This document shows, one piece after another, positions 13,030-26,368 of a DNA stretch of 64,000 nt. Positions within the stretch are counted from its first letter, which is position 1, and the number at the start of each line of letters is the position of its first letter. The notes under the pieces were generated by a model. It ran no database searches. It was given only the letters and a program-made list of their open reading frames with translations, and was not told where the DNA came from. Source of the stretch: Chiloscyllium plagiosum (Eukaryota). The position numbers and the translations under genes were made by a program. The stretch lies in the NCBI RefSeq assembly GCF_004010195.1, contig NC_057718.1, positions 98,146,876-98,210,875 on the forward strand, given 5' to 3'.

Positions 13030-13110
13030 GAGTCATCTGTATTGGAACCTAACTGTATCTTTAAGGTGGACGAATTTGGATTCTTTCTCACGTGGAAAAG
13101 TGAAGGAAAG
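13030..13110 (+). CDS. PLCB4: PLCB4 exon, PH domain ([27 protein letters not shown])
   Basis: ttccaacag acceptor, GTATGT donor, 81 nt; matches human [27 protein letters not shown]. Confidence 0.96.
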
Positions 13111-13324
13111 GTATGTTGTTTACATTTCAACTCGGTGATCGCAGTTTATAAATTTATTACCTTTTCAGTCAATATTTCTCACACGTTAGAATGCTGTTAG
13201 TGGATTTCCATTACTAAATATCAGTTGAGTTAAAGTAATATTGAGAACAACATGACTCGAAAGGCCCTCTCACGAAACTATTCCAGTGCAAACTTTTCCT
13301 CAGTTTTAGGAAGAACAGATAGAA

Positions 13325-13900
13325 CATAATAGAGTCAAAGGGTCATCCAGTACAGAAACAGATCCTTCAGTCTAAGCAATCCACGCCGAACATAATCCCA
13401 AACTGAACTAGTCCCACCTGCCTGCTACTGGCCCATATCTCTCCAAACCTTTCTTATTCATGAACTTATCCAAATTCTTTTAAACATTGTGACTATACCT
13501 ACATTCCCCACTTCCTCAGGAAGTTCATCCCACACATGAACCACCTTCTGTGTTAAAAAGTTTGCTTCTCCTCTCTTTTTTAAATCTCTCTCCTCTTACC
13601 TTAAAAATGTGCTCCCCAGTCTTGAAATCCCCTATCCTGGAGAAAAGATAACTACCATTAACTCTATCTATACCCCTCATTATTTTATAAACCTCTACAA
13701 GGTCGCCTGTCAACCTCCTTGCCTATCCAGCCTTTCTTAATAATGAAAACCTTGCATAGCCATCGACATCTTGGTAAATATCTTCTGAACCCTTTCCAGC
13801 TTAATAATATCCTTCCTATAGAAGGCAGATCAGAACGAGACACCAGAAATGGGCTCACCAATGTCCTGTACAACCTCAACATAACATCCCAACTCTGATA
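13325..13900 (-). mobile_element. CR1/HER1-type LINE 3' end
   Basis: GDLVEVYKIMRGIDRV on the minus strand. Confidence 0.85.
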
Positions 13901-14758
13901 CTAAAATCTCTGTATACCTGAATACATTGCGGAAATATCTGACTTTGTTCCCAGAAAGTCTAGACAGAGTTTGTAGCACAGGAGAAGGAGGCTTTCTCCA
14001 GTGACACATAATTCTACTGTGTCTTTGAGAGAGAAAACCAGAATGTGTCTCATACAGCCTGTCACACTCTGAATTGTCTCATACCTTCTCATATTTATCC
14101 ATGTTCCCTTCAGAAGGATCAAAGCTCTGCAGCCGTTTCCTATGGCAAAGCATTCCCGTTCTCCAACACCCGGTTCATAAAGTCATTTCCCGACTCTTGT
14201 TCTCACTCCCATGTCTATCTGGAAGGCCGGTCTTTAATGGCTGTCTAATAAAAGACGTTCCTTTTCCCTGTTTAAACTGTACCATGTCCATTAAATCCCT
14301 TCTCTGCTGCACTGGAGTACCTGAACTCGCTTGTCCTAAATTGGGTGTCCAGTCCTCAGCACCAATCCTGTGGAATCAACATTTAATGACCCCAATGGCT
14401 TTAGTAATTATAGAGTCATACAGCACGGAAACAGACCCTTCAGTCCAACTAGTCTTTGATACCCGAGACTGCACACAATGCTTTATCTTTGTCCCAGCCA
14501 TTGTACGATTCTCTTTCTCGTTAATTCCTGACCAGGCAGTTATTCATGATGCAAGTTCTGTTCAAATTACTGCAGTGCACCATAACGTAGCATTAAGGTG
14601 TTTGTAAGTTTCCCTTTGTAAACAGCTGGAAATAAACATTCTTGAAACCACATCTGCTTTTGGTACATTCAGCAGTAATTCTGGCATGCTTAAAATGATA
14701 TAAATCTTTGTATCATGTGAGCATTACCTAAGGCATGATTTTCTTGTATGTTTTTAAG

Positions 14759-14818
14759 GAAGGACAAGTACTGGAATGTTCAATGGTCAACAGTATTCGA
14801 TATGGGGCCATCCCTAAA
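14759..14818 (+). CDS. PLCB4: PLCB4 exon, PH domain (EGQVLECSMVNSIRYGAIPK)
   Basis: tttttaag acceptor, GTAAGA donor, 60 nt, phase 0/0. Confidence 0.96.
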
Positions 14819-15229
14819 GTAAGAACTTGTTCTGTGTGCCTTATCTTTGGGAAAGCTAGTTCACAAGAAAGATAAACTGCGAGTATTATGAGGCAACGTG
14901 ACAGAAATATGTTGACTCAGTTAAATTACTTGGAAATTAATCTGAAGAAATTGCTTCCTGCTCAAGAACTGATAAGAAAATCGGCGAGATACTTGTGGGG
15001 AGACTTAACTCGAGATAAGATTCTTGTATATTTCACCGAGCCCTTCCTATCCGTCTGTATTTTCTATGACCTTGAAGATTGTGTAAACACAAACACTTTA
15101 GTTTTGATCTTGAACGTTTTATTTCCCAGATTTCCCATGGCCTTTCACCACTTTCCTTCCCCTGGTTTATTCCTGATTGCTCACTTTCTGGGGATCTCCC
15201 TGATTCGTCCTATGTCCACATGCCTCTTT

Positions 15230-15642
15230 CACCCATTCACCAGCCCTCTCCACATCTCTTGCTCGCCCTTCTCCATCTCTCCCTGTTCCCCATCTCTCTC
15301 AATCTCTCCCCTCATTCCCCTTCTCTCCCCATCTCTCTCCCCATTCCCCATCTCTNNNNNNNNNNNNNNNNNNNNNNNNNNNNNNNNNNNNNNNNNNNNN
15401 NNTTACCCATCTCTCTCCACCTTGCTTCCCATTCCCCATCTCTCTCCCCAGCTCTCTCCCCGTTCCCCATCGCTCTCCACCTTTCTCCCCGTTCTACCCC
15501 TCCCCTCTTTTCTTCCTTTCTTGTCCCTTTCTCGCCTGTCTATCCCCACTACTTTTCCATCTCCTCAACTCTCCCCCTCATTCCCTCCCCTTGTATGCGT
15601 ATGAGTGTATGTGTGTGTGTGTGTCTCTCTCTCTCCCTTCTC
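15230..15642. repeat. Pyrimidine-rich low-complexity tract with assembly gap, then (GT)n(CT)n
   Basis: CCCCATCTCTCT-like units; 47 N at 15356-15402. Confidence 0.85.
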
Positions 15643-16064
15643 TGACTACAAAGATCACCTCTTCATTCAGAGTATTTGACACATATATTGAATAATCTGC
15701 TTCCTGCTCTCAGTCCACTTTCTAATTCTCAGTCAAATTTCCTGTGATGACTGTGCCTTCTGGGTCAGACTTCTTGACAAGCCCCTCTTCCATTGAGAGT
15801 TCACAGGCCCTATAACGAAGTCAGCCTGTCTAATTTCCCTTGCTGCCCACCTCTTCTGACTGTCACAGCTCTGTTGACTTCGGATCTCACCAACCCGCTG
15901 CACTTGTCACATTGTCGACCACTGCTTCCACCTTCTGACACCAAACTTGCTTTAACTTCCCCTCTCAACTTGCTTAAATATTTTGTGTGCAGTGGCCTGA
16001 ATTCAAACTAAATTTACCCTTAACTTGGCTTTCTTGGTTTCACTAGCCAGCCTGTCTCAAGTAC

Positions 16065-16390
16065 TGGTAGTGGCTCAGTGGTAAACACTGCAGCCTCACA
16101 GTGCCAAGGCACTGGGTTCGATTCCATCCTCAGGAAACTCTCTCTGTAGAGTTTTCACCTTCACCTCAGTGGTGTGCTCCAGCTTTCTCCCACAAAGATG
16201 TGCACGTTAGGATGGATTGGCCATGCTTAGTTGCCCATTGTGTCCAGGGATGCGTAGGCAAGGTGGATTCGCCATGGTCAACGTGGGGTTATGGGATTTA
16301 GTTTGGGGGTGGGGTGGGATGCTCTTCAGAGGGTCTGTGCTGACTCAACGGGCTGAATGGCCTCTATCTACACTGCAAGAATTCTATTCT
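16065..16390 (+). mobile_element. HE1-type SINE
   Basis: Head, decayed core and tail. Confidence 0.8.
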
Positions 16391-17352
16391 AGGTCTAAAC
16401 AAAATCTAATCAGATGCTGCTGTGTGCTTCCAATACTTTCTCTATTTTGTAGGAGCCTTCAGGATTCCTTCCTATTGTGAATTAGCCACAGGGAACAAAT
16501 CATTCTGTGTGCATTAGCTGCTATTGCCCGTTTTTAAAGACAGAGGATCAGTCACTATCCTGAACTACTCAAGCCATTGACTTACTAGGAGTGTTAGACC
16601 ATAAGGTGGATGTTACTACTGTAGTGGCAACTGTCTCCAAGGAAGCCATCAAGATATCCTTTCAAGTCAATGTTTACCTTCTAGAGCTCCTGCCAAAATT
16701 AAGGCTATCATTATCAGCAGCAACGCTGTAAAATAAATGGCACGTTAGTTAATGTTTTAGAGAATGTCACTCTGCAGCAAATGCAGCCTGGTGTCCAAAT
16801 GCTTTTACCTGACATTTCTTCCTTTATTTTAAAGACGCTGATTGAGTGCAGTTTATCTTGGGTTGCATTCACAATAACGCTTTCAGGCTACTGAAGTGAG
16901 TGTCAAAAAATGCCTCGCATTTAGTCAGCACCTTAACAGGTTTGAAAAACATGTCAGTCACTTCCCGGAATGAGGTGACTTGTTATATAGTCTGCTGCAG
17001 CAGGGACATTGGAAAAGCCATGCAGTGAGGTAAACGATAAATCTGACAATGTGTGGGATTGCACAGTTGGAGAAACAATGGAAATGATTGTGGTGGCACA
17101 CGGACTATTTCAGCTCCTCTGTAAACTGGAGGAAGGTTTGACGCAACAGAATAACTTAAGGTTAAAGTTGTTCTGAAGATATTTTATCCAAAATTGTAAG
17201 TATTAGCTGAAGTCTTTTGAAAGTACCCTTTACAAAGCAAAAAATATTAGCCGTGGCAGCAATGTTACACTTGCAAGGAATAAGCTACTAGAATGGAGAT
17301 ACCAAGTCTGCAACACTATCAGGGCTGGTAGGAGAGTCAGTGTTGTTAGTTT

Positions 17353-17690
17353 TAGAATCCCTACGATGTGGAAATAGGCCATTCAGCCCATAAAGTGCAC
17401 ACCGACCCTCCAAAGGGCATCCCACCCAGACCCACGCCATCCCTGTTAACCTTGCATTGTCCATGGCTAATCCCCCTAATTTGCACATTCCTGGACTCTG
17501 TGGGCAATTTAGGATGGCTAATCCACATAATCCACACATTTTTGGATTGTGGGAGGAAACCAGAGCACCCGGAGGAAACCCACGCAGACACAGGGAGAAT
17601 ATGCAAACTCCACGCAGACAGTCGGCGAGGGTGGAATCGAACCCGCGTCCCAGCTGCTGTGAGGCAACAGAGCTAACTACTGAGCTGCAT
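17353..17690 (-). mobile_element. HE1-type SINE
   Basis: Reverse complement of a full element. Confidence 0.85.
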
Positions 17691-18404
17691 TGCTGTTGGA
17701 GGAAGGTGGAAAGATATTGGATTTGAATCTAGAGAGTCAGCGGGATAACGTACCTGGAGCCTCCGCCTTCTCTCTGTCTTGCCTGTTAAACCCCTACCAT
17801 CATTGATAGTGAACTGCCGACTCACTGGGAGACCTCCCCAACAGAAGTGCCAGCTTTCTTAAAGGAGAATTTGAAATCTATACCACTGTCTCCAGAAAAT
17901 TGATAGCAGCCAACCTTAACTGTTCCAGGCAAGCACCCAAGTGCTAACAGCTTGTGCAAAAAATGACTTCAGCTACAGTGTTACTGTTACTTGTGGACAG
18001 TACTTATAATACTCTGCAAAGTTTGATTTTTTTTTCTAGACTTGGAGGCTATATGGATCTGTGTTAGTTTTCAAAAAGGTAGCTATATATATTTGCACAT
18101 TTCAAACTTTCAGTTAATATTTTCTATATCATTGCTGAAGTAAGTTCTTTAATAGCTACTAAAGGAACCCAGCAGGGCTGTTTCTGATATTGAGCTACGT
18201 GTGGTCTGAAGTATAATTGGGAATATCACTTCTCTTTTCAAATTCAAACTCTGGAAGAGTGAGACATGGAAAATAATCAGTTCACAAGGAGACGAGTCCT
18301 CCTAACTGGATTGTAATAAAATTAAGGAAAGGATTGCCTGTCAATTAAAAACCTTGCAGAGATTTAAATTGATGCAGGGTCTTTTGCTGTGCTGAACTGA
18401 CAAT

Positions 18405-18563
18405 TAGATTAGATTAGATTACTTACAGTCAGCTCCTTAACAGGAAACAAGCCCTTCGGCCCAACAAGTCCACACCGACCCGCCGAAGCGCAATCCACCC
18501 AGACCCATTCCCCTACATTTACCCCTTCACCTAACACTACGGGTAATTTAGCATGGCCAATTC
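18405..18563 (-). mobile_element. HE1-type SINE, 3' fragment
   Basis: (TTAGA)n tail and 3' body. Confidence 0.75.
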
Positions 18564-18992
18564 TTTCGGGACCTGAGTTCAGTGGGGAACAGCTCTCCCA
18601 GGCTAACAAAGAGCACTGCTGACATTTCCATAGGAAAAGAGCAATTGAAAAAGTTGTTCCCACTAACTGGGCTCCCAACACTGGCACAAGATGAAACGAA
18701 ACATGCAGGATTTCTTGTCCAAAAGTCAGAAGATCGACTTGTGCATGCAATTTATGAAACAGTAAGATTTATGAGGCCCAGTGAGAGTCAACAATTTTTA
18801 CACAATATCGACTATTCTTCAAGTGTATGTAATATTTTGAAAACTTCAGTAAGTTTTACTCTACCAAATTCAGGGTTCACCAACCATAGTAGGATACCAC
18901 TAAATATAGCTGGTAATTATTTTCTGAATGTAATTTCATTAACTGTAACCAAATCCAGTAGACAAATTTATTTCTTCTTCTTTCCTTCTTAG

Positions 18993-19136
18993 GATCCGAA
19001 AATACTGTCCGCGCTCGAGGCCAGTGGAAAAGCAGAGCACGATCTGGATGGAAGAATCCTTTCTGTTTGCAGTGATGCCGACTTGGTTAACATCAGCTTT
19101 ACGTATCTGGTGGCTGACAGTGCGGAAACAGCCAAG
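18993..19136 (+). CDS. PLCB4: PLCB4 exon, PH domain ([48 protein letters not shown])
   Basis: Long pyrimidine tract + ag, GTACAC donor, 144 nt, phase 0/0. Confidence 0.95.
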
Positions 19137-21275
19137 GTACACATAATTAGCACGTCCTTCAAATAAATCGGATGTGGCAAAAGCTAATATTTTCACAGTG
19201 AACATGCTGCTATTTTCCTACTGAATGCTACCAATACACATTATCACATGGAGATTTGGTACTCTATTTTTGAAACGGGTGTCTAAATGATATGTGAATT
19301 TCTATTTCATCTTACTTCTGACATCTACCAACTTATTGTAAGTGATTCTGCGAGATCTTAAACACGATGTCCTCTGCCATAATTTCTTGCTCTTCACACC
19401 TCTCCTGGTTGCACTCCTTGTTTTCCCTCTTGAGGTTGCTCTGTCAAGTTTCAGGGATTGATTCATTGATGGGAAATTGGTGAAGGAAATAGGGAGGATA
19501 ATTTGCGGTTGAAAGTAAGGTTTGAGATGCATTTTAGCACAGTGCACTGAAACATCCAAATACAAATCTGAGTGTATGGAGGACACAGACTTGTTCCTGA
19601 CATCGCTGAATGCTAAATATTGACTGTAGTTTTGAGAAGATGGCAAGCAATTATACGCACTATCCCACAGATCAGAGTTCTGCTTTTAATGACTGGATAC
19701 AGATGGATTGTTGATCTGTGTTTTGCTGCAGAATGAATGTGTGCTTGGGTGTGTGGAGGGATCGAAGAATAATCTCTTATTTTGAGAGAAACATCTGCAT
19801 GGTCTCGGAGTTACAATCAAGCACAGGTAAAAGTAGAGGTATTTATCCAAGGATGGGGTGAGAATGGGAGAGTCCACTGAGATTAACCCCCCTCCTAACT
19901 CCTGTCCACCATCTACAAGGCACAAGTTAGCACTATGATGCCCCCCCCCCCACTTGCTTTGATGAACACAGCCTTGACAAGTCTCGAGAAACTCCGCACC
20001 ATCCAGGACAAAGCAGCTTATTTGATAGGCACTCCTTTCACCACCTTAAGCAATCAGTCCCTCCATCACTGACACATAGTGGAAGTAGGGTGGACTACAT
20101 ACAAGAAGCACTCCAACAGCTCGCTTCCAAACCCACCATCTAGAAGAGCAAAAGCAGTAGATGTATGGGAACACCACCATCTGAACGTTCCCCTCCAAGC
20201 CACTCACTATCCTGACTTGGAAACATATCACCATTCCTTCATAGTCACTAGGTGAAAACCCTGGAAATCCCAGGATTGTGGCTCAGCCTTCAGCAAGTGG
20301 ACTGCAGCAGTTCAAGAAGACATCTCACCACCAATCTTCTCAAAGGGCAACTAGGTACGGGCAACAATGCTTACCTTGCTCATGATGCTGACATACCATG
20401 AATGAATGTTTAGACATTTTTAATGAATCTGTTCAAACATGTTATGACACACCTTGAACTTTGGCCTCCTGACTCAGGAGCAGGGATACTACCACTGCAT
20501 CACAAAAGCCTTTATGCAAGGAGTTTTAAAAAGTCAGGAACTTGGATTGCATCTGATCAAGTCCTTCAACTTCAGTTGAGGTCCTCGAAAATAGAGTTGG
20601 ATGTTTGCTATGAAGACAATCTTAAGGCCTCTGGCGTTACAGGGTGAGGACATTGCAAAACATTTCTCTTACACGGCTGCCTCACAATCTGCCCACTTTG
20701 TTAGGTTCCACAGAGAGATGTTGGAAGTAGCACAAATCTCTATGGCCATCTCTGTGAGAAAATTGGGATATAATATTCCCGATCTCAAACAGCCCAATTT
20801 GAAGTTGGGACCAGATGAAATTCTGAGTTAGTGGTGCCAGGTGAGTGGACTGATAGGTTCTCACCTGTAATTGGACAGTCTGCCCAATAGTGCTGGATAA
20901 CTGGCCTGCGCAGGCTACTGACCATTGGTGGGCTAACAGGGGGAGGTGTTCCTTCCAGGATCTTCACAGTGGCCCCCTCACTGAAGGCTAAGCCCAGCAG
21001 GTCTCCCAGAGGGTGAGGATGGGTGGCAGGGTCCACCCTGACACTGAGGCCGCCATCTTTCCAAAGCGCAGCATTAAAAATCCCCTTGGTTGGGTTGTAT
21101 GTGATAGGAGACCAAGGCCTTGTATGTGGAGTTAGGGTAAGGACATGGGAGAAGCTCAAGCCCTGAAATCGTTGAACTCAAATTTGAGTCCAGAAGGCTG
21201 TAGAGTAATACCTTTATTCTGCTGTTTCAGTAGATGGATCTGTGACTGTCACAATGCTTGTGCATGCTCTAGTTA

Positions 21276-21608
21276 GAATCATAGAATCGCTACAGTGTGG
21301 AAATTGGCCATTCGGCTCAACGGATCCACACCGACTCTCCAAAGAATGACCCACCCAGACCCATTCCCCTACACTATTACTCTACATTTACCCCTGACTA
21401 ATGCACCTAACCTACTCAGCCCTGAATGCTATAGGCAATTTAGCATGGCCAATCCACCTAACCTGCACGTCTTTGGACTATGGAAGGAAACCCGCACAGA
21501 CCTGGAGAGAATGTACAAACTACACAGATAGATACCCAAGGGTGGGATTGAACCTGGGTCCCTGGTGCTGCAAGGCAGCAGTGCTAACCACTGACCCACC
21601 ATGACACC
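21276..21608 (-). mobile_element. HE1-type SINE
   Basis: Reverse complement of a full element. Confidence 0.83.
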
Positions 21609-23254
21609 TGTTCCTGTGGGACTATTGTTCCATGGGCATATCGGCAGTCATGTTTTCAAGCTGACTGCTTTGTGTGGATACAGTTCAATGCAGTTGCTGT
21701 GTGCCAGCATTTGTTGCTGTGCTGTTGAGCGTTCCCTCAGATGATTGTTTGCAACGGTGGCTGGGCCTGAACTGGAAACCTGGAGACTGGAAGGCTAGAG
21801 CCCTGAGAAAACCAGAGTAAGAGGAGGGACCTAGAAATGGTCCCAACACACTCTCCGCTATTGAAATGCAGAGCATTCAACCCAGACAGTGCAAAGTCGC
21901 ATCATCATTTTGAAAAGCCAGGAATAGCCATAGAGTCATACAGCACAGAAGCAGACCCTTCAGTTCAAACAGTCCATGCCGACCATAATCCCAAACTAAA
22001 CTCGTCCCACCTAGAACATAGAACAACACAGTGCAAAACAGGCCCTTCGGCCCTCAATGTTGCACCGACCTGTGAACTATTCTTAGCTCATCCCCCTACA
22101 CTATCCCATTGTCATCCATGTAGGACCTGCCTGCTCCTGGCCCATTCCCTGCAAACATTTCTTCTTCACGTTCTTATCCAAATGTGTTTTAAATGTTGTA
22201 ACTGTACCCATTTCCTCTGGAAATTCATTCCCCACACAAATTGCTCTCCGTGTTATTAATTGCCCCTCGTGTCTTTTTAAATCTTCTTCACGGTCCATTA
22301 TACCACTGATCGTGGTGTTATCTGCAAACTCACTAACCATGCTCTCTATATTCACATCTAGATCACTTGTACAAATGGCAAACAAAAGTGTACCCAGCAC
22401 TTCCCCCAGTTCTTCAACAATGTTTCAGTATTTATAATAGAAGACACACTTTGTTGGGAAAAACTAGGATTACTGGTTAAAAATTATTAATAGGATTAAT
22501 AGGATGCAATAGGATTAACTTATTTCCAACCTTCCTTTTAATAGCCTGTGATCCTTTCAGTTTAGTCTGCACTGTGATAGCTCTGCTCCTCATTTCTCTG
22601 CTATAATCCTTTAATCGCCTGCTTTTTGCCTTCATCCTTCACATTCAGTCTGACTCCGAGATATGGAAATGCTTTGCTCATCCCTTCTGCCTGATACCTG
22701 GCAGGACACATCAGAGATCCACTCAATCCAGCTTTTGCTCATCCTTGCACTGGAATATTCAGGCGTCTTCAATGTTTTTAACCTTGGCTCTTGCCCTTGG
22801 AATGACGTTGTAGTCCGTGTGTCCTCATCTGTATCATCTTCCCCTTAAAGGGTGTTTACATAATGAGCAAATGCTACGACACACATGACCTCTGAATGCT
22901 GTTGCTTGTTTCTTGATTGCAATGGATGAATACTTCTATTAGAAACGAAAACAAAAGTTGCTGGAAAAGCTCAGCAGGCCTGGCAGCATCTCTAAAGAGA
23001 AATCAGAGTTAATGTTTCAGGTCCAGTGACCCTTCCTCAGCACTGATCGTGGTTAGGCAAATGTTCTTTTTATGCAGAAGATGGGGTGGGGGAAGGGACA
23101 AGGAGTAAATGAAAGGTGGAGATAAAGCCCAACAAGAGTGAAGAATATTTGGGTAGGTGGATAATAATAAGGCCGAGAGGATAAATAACTATTTGTGAGA
23201 ATTGTTAGTGGCTAATAATGTGTAACAAACGATTATGTGATAACAAGGCTTGGT

Positions 23255-23766
23255 TCTGGATGTAGGTTTGCTCGCTGAGCTGAAAAGTTCATTAGCATCT
23301 TCAGTTAACCACCAGATGAAGCACTGATGTCATTTCCTGTGGTGATGTAATTTCCTACGGTGATGCAATTTCCTGTTTTCTTTTCTCAGGGGGTGGTATA
23401 TGGGATCCAAGTCAATGTGTTTGTTGATAGAGCTCTGGTTGGAATGCCATGCTTCTAGGAATTCTCGTGTGTGTCTCTGTTTGGCTTGTCCCAGGATGGA
23501 TGTGTTGTCCCAGTCGAAGTGGTGTCCTTCCTCATCCGTATGTAAGGATACTAAGTGAGAGTGGGTCATGTCTTTTTGTGGCTAGTTGATGTTCATGTAT
23601 CCTGGTGGCTAGTTTTCTGCCTGTTTGTCCAACGCAGTGTTTGTTACAGTTCTTGCAAGGTATTTTGTAAATGACATTAGTTTTGCTTGTTGTCTGTCTA
23701 GGGCCTTTCAAGTTCATTAGCTGCTGTTTTAGTGTGTTGGTGGGTTTGTGGGCTGCCATGACTGAT
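23255..23766 (-). mobile_element. Penelope-like element fragment (GIY-YIG endonuclease, decayed)
   Basis: VIYKIPCKNCNKHCVGQTGRKLATRIHEH … REFLEAWHS … NKHIDLDPIY; 9-bp TSD AGGCTTGGT at 23246-23254 and 23767-23775. Confidence 0.88.
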
Positions 23767-24580
23767 AGGCTTGGTGTGTGGGGGGGGGGTAGGTCAAGGA
23801 CTTGGAGAAGCTCAAGCCCTAAAGTTGTTGAACTCATTATTGAGTCTGGAAGGCTTCAGAGTAATACTTTTATTATGCTGGTTCAGTGGATGGATCTGTG
23901 ACTGTCACAATGCTTGTGCTTGCTCCAGTTCCTGTGGGACTCTCAGCCCATAACATATCTGTGAACATATTTGTAAGCTGTCTCCTTCGTGAGGACACAG
24001 TTCAGTGCAATTGCTGTGTGCCAGCCTTTGTTGCTGTGCTGTTGAGCGTTCCCTCAGAGCAAAGGTGGCTGCGCCTAATTTTGAGACCTGGACCAACAGA
24101 TACGCTTCCAGTAATGGAGGCTACAGAAAGGTCTTATCACCAATACTGGTCTTCAGATAGATCCACGACTCCTGCAGCATTGGGCAAAAGCCGATGGCCC
24201 TTTGGAAGACTTCTCCCTGGAAACACACTCCCACCACCATCACCAAACAGCTTACTTGGCACATTCCATGGATTATTAAATAACACTTGCATCATAATCA
24301 GGAATGAGTGTTTGACTGGTGAGGGAATAGGTAACATAGGCTCATGCAGAATGCTAAATTGAGACAAAATCTTAGGCTCATTATATCTCCTTGACAATTT
24401 AGAGATAACATATTTTGCAAAGCTTTCAACAAAAAATGAATCACTTTGCGTATCTTACTATTGAGTATGTTGCACTGAAGTTGATCAAGGTGTGTGATAG
24501 AAGAAATAGGGGATTGAAAGTTCTTGCGACTAGTCAGGGGCTGCATACCCTCTCTTAACTCCACAGCCATAACCTCCAAT

Positions 24581-24790
24581 GTTAAAAATCACACAACACC
24601 AGGTTTTAGTCCAACAGGTTTAATTGGAAGCACGAGCTTTCGGAGCACTGCTCCTTCATCAGGTGGTTGCCTTCAGGCAGTGCTCCAAAAGCTAGTGCTT
24701 CTAATTAAACCTGTAGGACTATAACCTGGTGCTGTGTGATTTTTAACTTTGTACACCCCAGTCCAACACCGACATCTCCAAATCATATTC
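24581..24790. mobile_element. Short inverted-repeat element (family 4) carrying a hammerhead
   Basis: Inverted arms about 24581-24652 and 24677-24747, plus a short unpaired tail. Confidence 0.8.
24631..24665 (-). ncRNA. Minimal type I hammerhead ribozyme motif (family 4, AGCU palindrome)
   Basis: Minus strand reads CAC-CTGATGA-A-GGAGC AGT GCTCC-GAAAGCTC-GTG: stems I and II pair fully. Confidence 0.75.
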
Positions 24791-26368
24791 TCCAACAGTT
24801 CTGTCCAGCTCATCTGTTGTGGATTGCTGCAATGATAACCCCCAGTTCTGTATGTAACCACAGCCTTTTTATGCATGTTTTCCTTCTACAAGCCAATACT
24901 TAAAAAAAACACATGCTTGTTGGATAGTTGAATGTGAAAGGTGTGAGTTACTCAGGTTACCGAATGGACAGTTGCAACTTCTGCTGCAGTTGTACTTGGT
25001 ATCTGTTGCATTTGTTGAGTAACATTTTGATACAACCCCACGGACAGTTCCAGATGCAGTTATGAGCACTTACGGAAATGAGTAATTGGCATGGTGGCTG
25101 CATTCCAGCTCATGGGGCACATGTCTTATGATAAAGATGGCCTTTACTATGATAATTTTACGTCGCCCAACACAGCCATTTGCAGAGTTTAGCCACAAAT
25201 AAGACCATGTATCCCTGACTTAGAGACGTCCCATTGAAACTTTTCATCCTGCATTCACCAGGACAGGAACAAGAATAACAGATTTCAAAGGGGGCAATAG
25301 TTTATATTGAATGAGCAAAGAGTGCAGATTGGTCTTGTTCCCAGGACCGTAAATGGTTGCTCCATTGAAATTTGGCAATCTGGCATCCGTCCTGATGGAC
25401 ATAAAGATAAAAAACTACAGTGGGCAAGTCTGTATGATTTTCAGCCATACGCATGTTCTGACAATAAGTAGGGCTGCATTTGTATACTTCCTTATGTTCA
25501 TCCCTGCTGCTCTGGCTGTGCTCTTCATTGATGGTTATCTGTCTTCAGGATGGAGGACAAGGGGGCGAGCGAAGATCATCCTTCAGTGAAGAACCTGCAA
25601 CCAGAGAACCTCTGAAACCCGATTTGTAAATGGGGTCCGTACGCACTGTTGAGAGGCAGCAGCAGGGGCAGGTTATTGGGAAACCAGGAAGTTGTTTCCC
25701 GACAGCAGAAGGCAATGAAAATCCCACCTTAAAATTGACTAAACAGGCATGTGACTAAAATATCCAAATGAGTTCTACTTGCATTGCAGGGCACAATTAC
25801 CCTGTATCCTGGCCTCTTAGTATTGTGCCTGTTGGCAGTCCTGAGATCCCAAGCAAATTAAGGAAATGCTGCGGCTTAAATCATAAGGTCGCATCCCACA
25901 CTACTTTCCTAGATGGATGTTTTAGAAAAAGTATATCTTCAAAGAAAGCAATGCACCTATAGATAGCAATGTGTCAGGTGGCGCAGTATCATTTTCATGC
26001 AATTTAAGAACTGTGCTGCCTTCTAATGGTGCAAAAACCTTGCTGCACTATGAAAGCCATCTGTATTGGCCGCAAGTAATCAACTGGTATGCTATTGAGT
26101 TATTAGATTACACCCACTGGGCAAAGTACCAACAACAAAGAGCCCAGCCAGAGCATGGTGAAGTCTTGTCTTTACCCATCTCATGACTGCATTCTACCAA
26201 CAATTTATTGCTGATGTTGGATTATTTGAAGATTTTTGCACTCATATAATTGTTAACAGCAGTCACAATAGATAAAATATTACTAGTTGTTTTGTGGTGT
26301 TGTGGGTAAATCACCACAGGTCACCTTTAATTCGGTTATTTATTAAGAAATATCAAAAATTTATTAAG

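Noticed and set aside
14888..15645. 238-aa and 188-aa Pro/Ser/Leu-rich ORFs
   Set aside because: They arise from a pyrimidine low-complexity tract spanning an N gap.
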